Source: an uncultured virus (IMG/VR IMGVR_UViG_3300016486_001479)
Taxonomy: Duplodnaviria; Heunggongvirae; Uroviricota; Caudoviricetes
DNA: 20,000 nt
Virus record (IMG/VR): IMGVR_UViG_3300016486_001479
Reading direction: 5' to 3' (one strand)
Under the pieces are notes generated by a model. It saw only the letters and a list, made by a program, of their open reading frames with translations, did not search any database and had not been told where the DNA came from. The position numbers and the translations under genes were made by a program. Positions 15,646 to 20,000 of this stretch are shown here, in pieces (position 1 is the stretch's first letter; each line of letters starts with the position of its first letter).

Positions 15646-15903
15646 ATGGAATTAATAGAGGAAATAAAAAATATACTCAAAGATGATAAATCGGTTGTTA
15701 TTTCAAACACTGGTGATGACGAGTATCTTTTTTATAGAAAGATAAATGAAGACTACATTAATCTAATTGTTGATGATGACTTGGATATTGAGATTTTGGT
15801 AATTAAAAAAGATAGAACTGAAACGTATAACGAAATATTTTCTCATGGTGAATATAAACTAGAAGATGTCATTGAGAGATTCAACAAATTGTGCGCTGGA
15901 TAA
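15646..15903 (+). CDS. Hypothetical 85-aa protein
   Basis: AT-rich acidic ORF. Confidence 0.65.
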   Translation: MELIEEIKNILKDDKSVVISNTGDDEYLFYRKINEDYINLIVDDDLDIEILVIKKDRTETYNEIFSHGEYKLEDVIERFNKLCAG

Positions 15904-15942
15904 AATCTCTAATTATGGGAATGTATGATACAGTCGTAACCC

Positions 15943-16553
15943 CTAGATAACCTTATATGTTATCCTTACTCTATAAAGGTAATCCCTTCCAAGTCGTTTA
16001 TCAGCAAATTGCTGATTTTGTAGGCCCACAGTTATAATCATGCTCTCAGATACTCTAAACTTATTTGCTACCCCACCACGATACCTATCTAACATGTATA
16101 GACTACCTATTTCATGAAACACTTCGAAGTCCGCTGAGGGTTGAAAAATCCTTCGACATCTTTTGCTTTAAATACAAGAAGATGCCTAATGTATTGCGCG
16201 TTATCTCCAAACTCATCCCACCCCACTTGCAAGCGAAGTCTGCTTTCTATCCAGTCAAAATCATTAATATAATCTACGTTTAACCTGCTTCCAACGACTT
16301 CGTTTAAAATGAACCAATACGATACTCTTAGCTTCGACCTATCGTTAAATAAGAAGCCCAGACTAGGAGCAAGGATGGCTGTGTTTTTCCTGGAGGAGTC
16401 TGAGAAAAATCGAAGCTCTTCTCGCAAGCCGTACTCAACTGATTGTTTTTTTGCAATAACTGTGGCGCCCACCCTAAGGCTGTTGTAGGCATTTATCTGA
16501 CCTAGCCCCAAGAGAGGTAATGTCAGAAAGAGTAAAACCATAAATGTCTTCAT
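15943..16553 (-). pseudogene. Outer-membrane beta-barrel protein (DUF2490-like), frameshifted at ~16144-16148
   Basis: Signal peptide and amphipathic strands. Adding one base in the T5 run continues the frame as ..QPSADFEVFHEIG..DRYRGGVANKF..YLYRVRITYKVI* to a TAG at 15943. Confidence 0.65.
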
Positions 16554-16585
16554 AAAACAATAATACGAAAAATGATTATAATTAT

Positions 16586-16625
16586 CAAAAAGAAAGCCAG
16601 GACGGTAGCGAATCGTTCCTGGCTT
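16586..16625 (-). terminator. Rho-independent terminator after the 16682-17569 gene
   Basis: Minus strand AAGCCAGG-aacgattcgctaccgt-CCTGGCTT-TCTTTTTG. Confidence 0.75.
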
Positions 16626-16681
16626 AGTGTTTGCCGTAAAGCAAACGGTCCTAATCCACAGCCTTAGCTGCGGTCGTAAGA

Positions 16682-17569
16682 TTATAATGAACCTTTGCCA
16701 ACGACGTCGTTAGCTTTGAGGTTTTGAATTTTTGCAATAAGCCCTTTCATGAGCTCTCTATTTTTTTCGTTGTATCCGCCTTGTCTTCCTTGGGCGAAAT
16801 CTTTTTTCAAGCCACCTAGAGCATTTGCTATCATAGGCTTCAAGTCTTTCACCAGCTTGTTTGCGGAAGCTCTGTTTGCAGCCTGGAAAGAGCCAGCGTT
16901 GTCTGCTTTTATAATAGTCTCTGGGTAATTTAGGTCATTCTTTAGGAAATGGATTGATATCTCAACACTAGAGACATAATCGTGAGCTGGATTGATAAGG
17001 TCGAATTCTCCTGAGAAAGAAACCCAGCTATCATCTATTGAAACCTTAACCTCTCCCAGGTTTGGTGAATTGGTTTTAATGAACCACCTTGAAGAATCAC
17101 CTTCTCCACGAGTAAACTCAGGATATACCTTTTCGGCTCTTTGAATTAGTTTCGATTTGATATCATCATGCTTTGGGTGGTTTCGATACTTCCCATCAAA
17201 TTCATAGGAGGTCATATTTTCCTCTAGCGCTCCGTCTTCATCTTCATAGACAATATTCTCGGCGTAGTATTGAGGAGCAAGTCTTTCAGCTTCCTCATCA
17301 GAGGCGAGGTCAAGGTCTCTTATAAATGCTTCTGGGTCTTCAAAAGTTCCTAGAGGAGTGTACTCGTCTCCAACTTCTTTGTCGAAATAATCCAAAGCTG
17401 CTGTGCCGTCATCTCCGAAGAAATCACTAGGATTGAAATCCTCACCTATTAATCCGATTATCTCAGATTCTATTAGCTCCACCTTGAACGTCAACTCATG
17501 AAGTTGGTCCAGTTCTTTTATTTTATCGCTAATTAGCTGAGACAGCTCTTTGTTGCCTATCTTTCCCAT
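16682..17569 (-). CDS. Hypothetical acidic late protein (295 aa)
   Basis: Long ORF; identical 18-bp upstream motif to that of the 15011 gene. Confidence 0.85.
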   Translation of the reverse strand: MGKIGNKELSQLISDKIKELDQLHELTFKVELIESEIIGLIGEDFNPSDFFGDDGTAALDYFDKEVGDEYTPLGTFEDPEAFIRDLDLASDEEAERLAPQYYAENIVYEDEDGALEENMTSYEFDGKYRNHPKHDDIKSKLIQRAEKVYPEFTRGEGDSSRWFIKTNSPNLGEVKVSIDDSWVSFSGEFDLINPAHDYVSSVEISIHFLKNDLNYPETIIKADNAGSFQAANRASANKLVKDLKPMIANALGGLKKDFAQGRQGGYNEKNRELMKGLIAKIQNLKANDVVGKGSL

Positions 17570-17671
17570 GTTTGTTGCTTTTCAATAAATAGCCAGAGAA
17601 ATCGTTCTCATTACAGTAGGGCGTATATTTAATTGTTCATAACACTGTTAATTACTTTTTATAAAAAAAGC

Positions 17672-17701
17672 TTTGATTCTTAAAAGACTGGTGTATATTT
17701 G
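17672..17701 (+). promoter_or_regulatory. Bacteroidota sigma-A-type promoter P1
   Basis: TTTG (17672) - 18 nt - TATATTTG (17694); matches the -33/-7 consensus. Confidence 0.7.
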
Positions 17702-17839
17702 CAACGTCTTTGAGATACGAACAAAGATATGTTGTCAAAACATTCAAGTTCTTTTTTTCTTTATCAATGCAGGTTCTAAAATCAGCTTTACTTTCACAAG
17801 CCCGTTAAAAGGGTGAAAATAAAAAAAGTTAAAACTTGC

Positions 17840-17869
17840 TTGTTAGTTAGAAAAATATGATTACATTTG
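17840..17869 (+). promoter_or_regulatory. Bacteroidota sigma-A-type promoter P2
   Basis: TTG (17840) - 19 nt - TACATTTG (17862); followed by a hairpin (17877-17906) and boxA-like AGTTCTTTGAA (17912-17922). Confidence 0.7.
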
Positions 17870-17939
17870 CCAAGTCGTTTGACACCAACGAGGTGTCGTT
17901 TAAACGGAATAAGTTCTTTGAATAAATAATATTATAATA

Positions 17940-18827
17940 CTTCAGGCCGTTTGGGGTCTGGTGTGAGTGAAAATCTCACACAAGCCTTCGGGAAAATGTT
18001 CGTTGGTGACAGCGGAAAAGAGAGTCAGTTCACTACTTCTCTCGCTAAGCAGAGTTCGCTTTGTTTAGATGACCAAAAATAGCAAGTACACGTTCAGTGA
18101 CCTAGCGGTTTAGAATGTGGCATATATATAAAAGTGTATATGCCTGAGGGTTAATCCCCAAAAAGAAAGCTAAGGATAAAACGACCGATTGGTCTCCGCC
18201 TACGGGTAGAGTCAATGTCGGAAAGTGCGAAGTTGGTAACTAAGTGCTTTATCCATAATTCGGAGGATTCTCACTGTTAAGAAACAAGACGAAAGAGCTA
18301 GAAATAGTTATGGACTCAAAAGTTCTTACATGAATTCAAGGTTTTAATTTGAGTCCACCAGGGCTTGATAGGAAGTTGCGTGGTATTTTATGCCCCAAAG
18401 GTATAAAGCTGCTCCGCATCCGTGACTTCTTAGTGATAACTAGATAGCCTTCGGGTTAACTTTTTCTTCCAAAAAAGATAAAAGCAAAAGTAGGTGCGGT
18501 GTGAAACGTCAGTCTGATAACTTAACTTCGGATTGAAAAACCTCTAATTCTTTCGCCTTCGGGTAAGAGAGGACTGTTGAGTGACGCAATTGCTCACAGG
18601 TTGGTTTGATTGTTGACACAAAAGGTTTGTACAACTTTTTGTAGCATAAAGTCTGCCGAGTAGCGTTTTACATTACGAGTGGTTTCCGCAAGAGACCGAG
18701 GTTGACCCGATACATGCTGAAAGGTATGTGGACAGTGTTGAAAACCCGCCCTGGCAAGGGTTCGTTAATAGCGATAAGGGAATACGCCAACCAAAGATGG
18801 GTTATTAAAGCTGTAGTCTCAAGCTTT
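17940..18827 (+). ncRNA. Giant structured noncoding RNA, GOLLD-like (ends approximate)
   Basis: ~890 nt with no ORF of 60 aa or more. Many UUCG/GNRA hairpins (CCTTCGGG x3, CCGCAAG, TGAAAG, GGCAAG). Ordered blocks GGTATTT..CCAAAGG, GCAAAAG, GAGTAG, GTGGA, GAAA..TAAT and a terminal GTAGTCTCA hairpin recall the GOLLD 3' domain. Confidence 0.7.
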
Positions 18828-18892
18828 TAAAATTTTCAGGTTGCAAGCCTGGAATGGTCGTCAAGTGGCCTTACAAGGCCAACTCGCCAAAT

Positions 18893-18930
18893 AAAGGCTC
18901 TATAGAACTCAGGTTCTGTGGGGCCTTTTT
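18893..18930 (+). terminator. Rho-independent terminator closing the ncRNA unit
   Basis: AAAGGCTCTATAGAAC-tcag-GTTCTGTGGGGCCTTT-TT. Confidence 0.85.
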
Positions 18931-19013
18931 GTGTTTAGTGGTTTATGTGAATAAATCTTGAGTTTGTCTTGGTGTTTGACTACTATTTAGCATTGAACAC
19001 AATACGACTTAAA

Positions 19014-20000
19014 ATGACAGAAGCAAAAATGGTATTTAAGTATGATTTTACTGATGATTTATCTCTAACTTTCTTTGATGACCAAATTTCAGCCCTATGG
19101 GACCTGAATAGAAATTTCAAAGCCATATATAAAGGAGATGATAGCAATATGCCCACATTCAGTTCTGGAATTCAGGTTTCACATCAACCAGTATCGTATG
19201 CATTCAAAACACCTTTCCACGTAGAAAGAGATTTCAAACTAACCCTATCTTTAGAGGCAGACAGTGTCAAAAATATTCCGCTTGTTAAGATTGGCGACTT
19301 TGGCAGTATTGTGTTCACACAGAATTATATGGTTATGTCGTTCGACAGGGCCAATACAACCAAGATTGTATATCCAACCATTATCCACAAAGGCGGATGT
19401 GTATCAATCACTGTGGGCCGTCAAGGTTCAAATTACATCGTTGTAATAACCACATCACAAGGTACCACACAAAAGTCAGTAGAGATTTTGAATCCAAAAG
19501 GATTTGACATCACTGGGTTGTTTGGGGGGGAAACTATAATGGAAATGGAAGGGACCATTTTTGGATTAGAGTTATTCGACAGCCTGACCGATATTATCTC
19601 TGATGAAACAAGAGAGGTTGAGGAAGTGGATGAAAACATAAAGGAAGAGCAGACGCAGGAGGAAGCTATTGAAGCAACCGACGAGACAGAAGATATTATT
19701 AAAAAAACAGAAGAAACAACAGATAAAATGACACCATTTGACAAACTACTTCCAGCAGAAGTGAAATTACTAGCCAACTATGAAGGTTTAGCAGCAGCTT
19801 TTAACATAGCCAAACCTGAGGGGTCAATCGAGGCTCACGCTACAGAAAGTAAGGCATACATCACGAAGTTTATCTACTACGCTCTGACGGCGTTGGTGGA
19901 CTATAAAGGTCAAGACCACAACTTCCTATACCAAAGAGCCAAGTACATCGCACCGATGTTTGGAAAAGAAGTAGTGGAAGAAGAGTTGAGAGAAAGAGAG
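19014..20000 (+). CDS. Hypothetical protein, 3'-partial (at least 329 aa), not in the ORF track
   Basis: MTEAKMVFKYDFTDD... open to the window end; beta-rich N-domain, acidic linker, helical C-region. Confidence 0.85.
   Translation, partial: MTEAKMVFKYDFTDDLSLTFFDDQISALWDLNRNFKAIYKGDDSNMPTFSSGIQVSHQPVSYAFKTPFHVERDFKLTLSLEADSVKNIPLVKIGDFGSIVFTQNYMVMSFDRANTTKIVYPTIIHKGGCVSITVGRQGSNYIVVITTSQGTTQKSVEILNPKGFDITGLFGGETIMEMEGTIFGLELFDSLTDIISDETREVEEVDENIKEEQTQEEAIEATDETEDIIKKTEETTDKMTPFDKLLPAEVKLLANYEGLAAAFNIAKPEGSIEAHATESKAYITKFIYYALTALVDYKGQDHNFLYQRAKYIAPMFGKEVVEEELRERE

Noticed and set aside
17940..18827. rRNA, RNase P or group I/II intron
   Set aside because: No universal rRNA motifs, no GAGGAAAGTCC P4 signature, no flanking exons or domain V
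19264..19777. Two short ORFs in the ORF track
   Set aside because: They lie within the long open frame 19014 to >20000
1..20000. Stop-codon reassignment
   Set aside because: Long conserved genes read through intact in code 11, and TAG, TGA and TAA all terminate genes

Overview
This window looks like part of a large (jumbo-type) phage of Bacteroidota. Evidence: Bacteroidota-style promoters (TTTG...TAnnTTTG), recurrent TATTTAT late-type motifs, a T4-like ATP-dependent DNA ligase and a dense tRNA array. The assembly is imperfect, with two N gaps, a ~480-bp duplication and homopolymer indels. 1-3.5 kb: an HNH endonuclease, a 5'-truncated tyrosyl-tRNA synthetase, and a tRNA operon (Pro, 3x Asp, 2x Ala, 2x Tyr) preceded by a leader-peptide attenuator. 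Three Y-RNA-like elements occur in this region. Two appear circularly permuted: tRNA-shaped RNAs with a true acceptor stem and encoded CCA, carrying a Ro60-binding-type stem in place of the D and anticodon arms. 3.7-7.3 kb: a tail-fibre-like repeat protein, a GAMT/Rmt2-like methyltransferase and a lipoprotein. 7.4-14.3 kb: a Nudix hydrolase, TonB-dependent receptor, PnuC, ATP-dependent ligase and NadR, which together suggest a nicotinamide-riboside import/NAD+ rebuilding module. 14.4-17.6 kb: small hypothetical and late genes. 17.7-18.9 kb: a ~890-nt ORF-free, highly structured RNA (GOLLD-like) with tandem promoters, a boxA-like site and a terminator. All family assignments come from motif recognition by eye; no searches were run.
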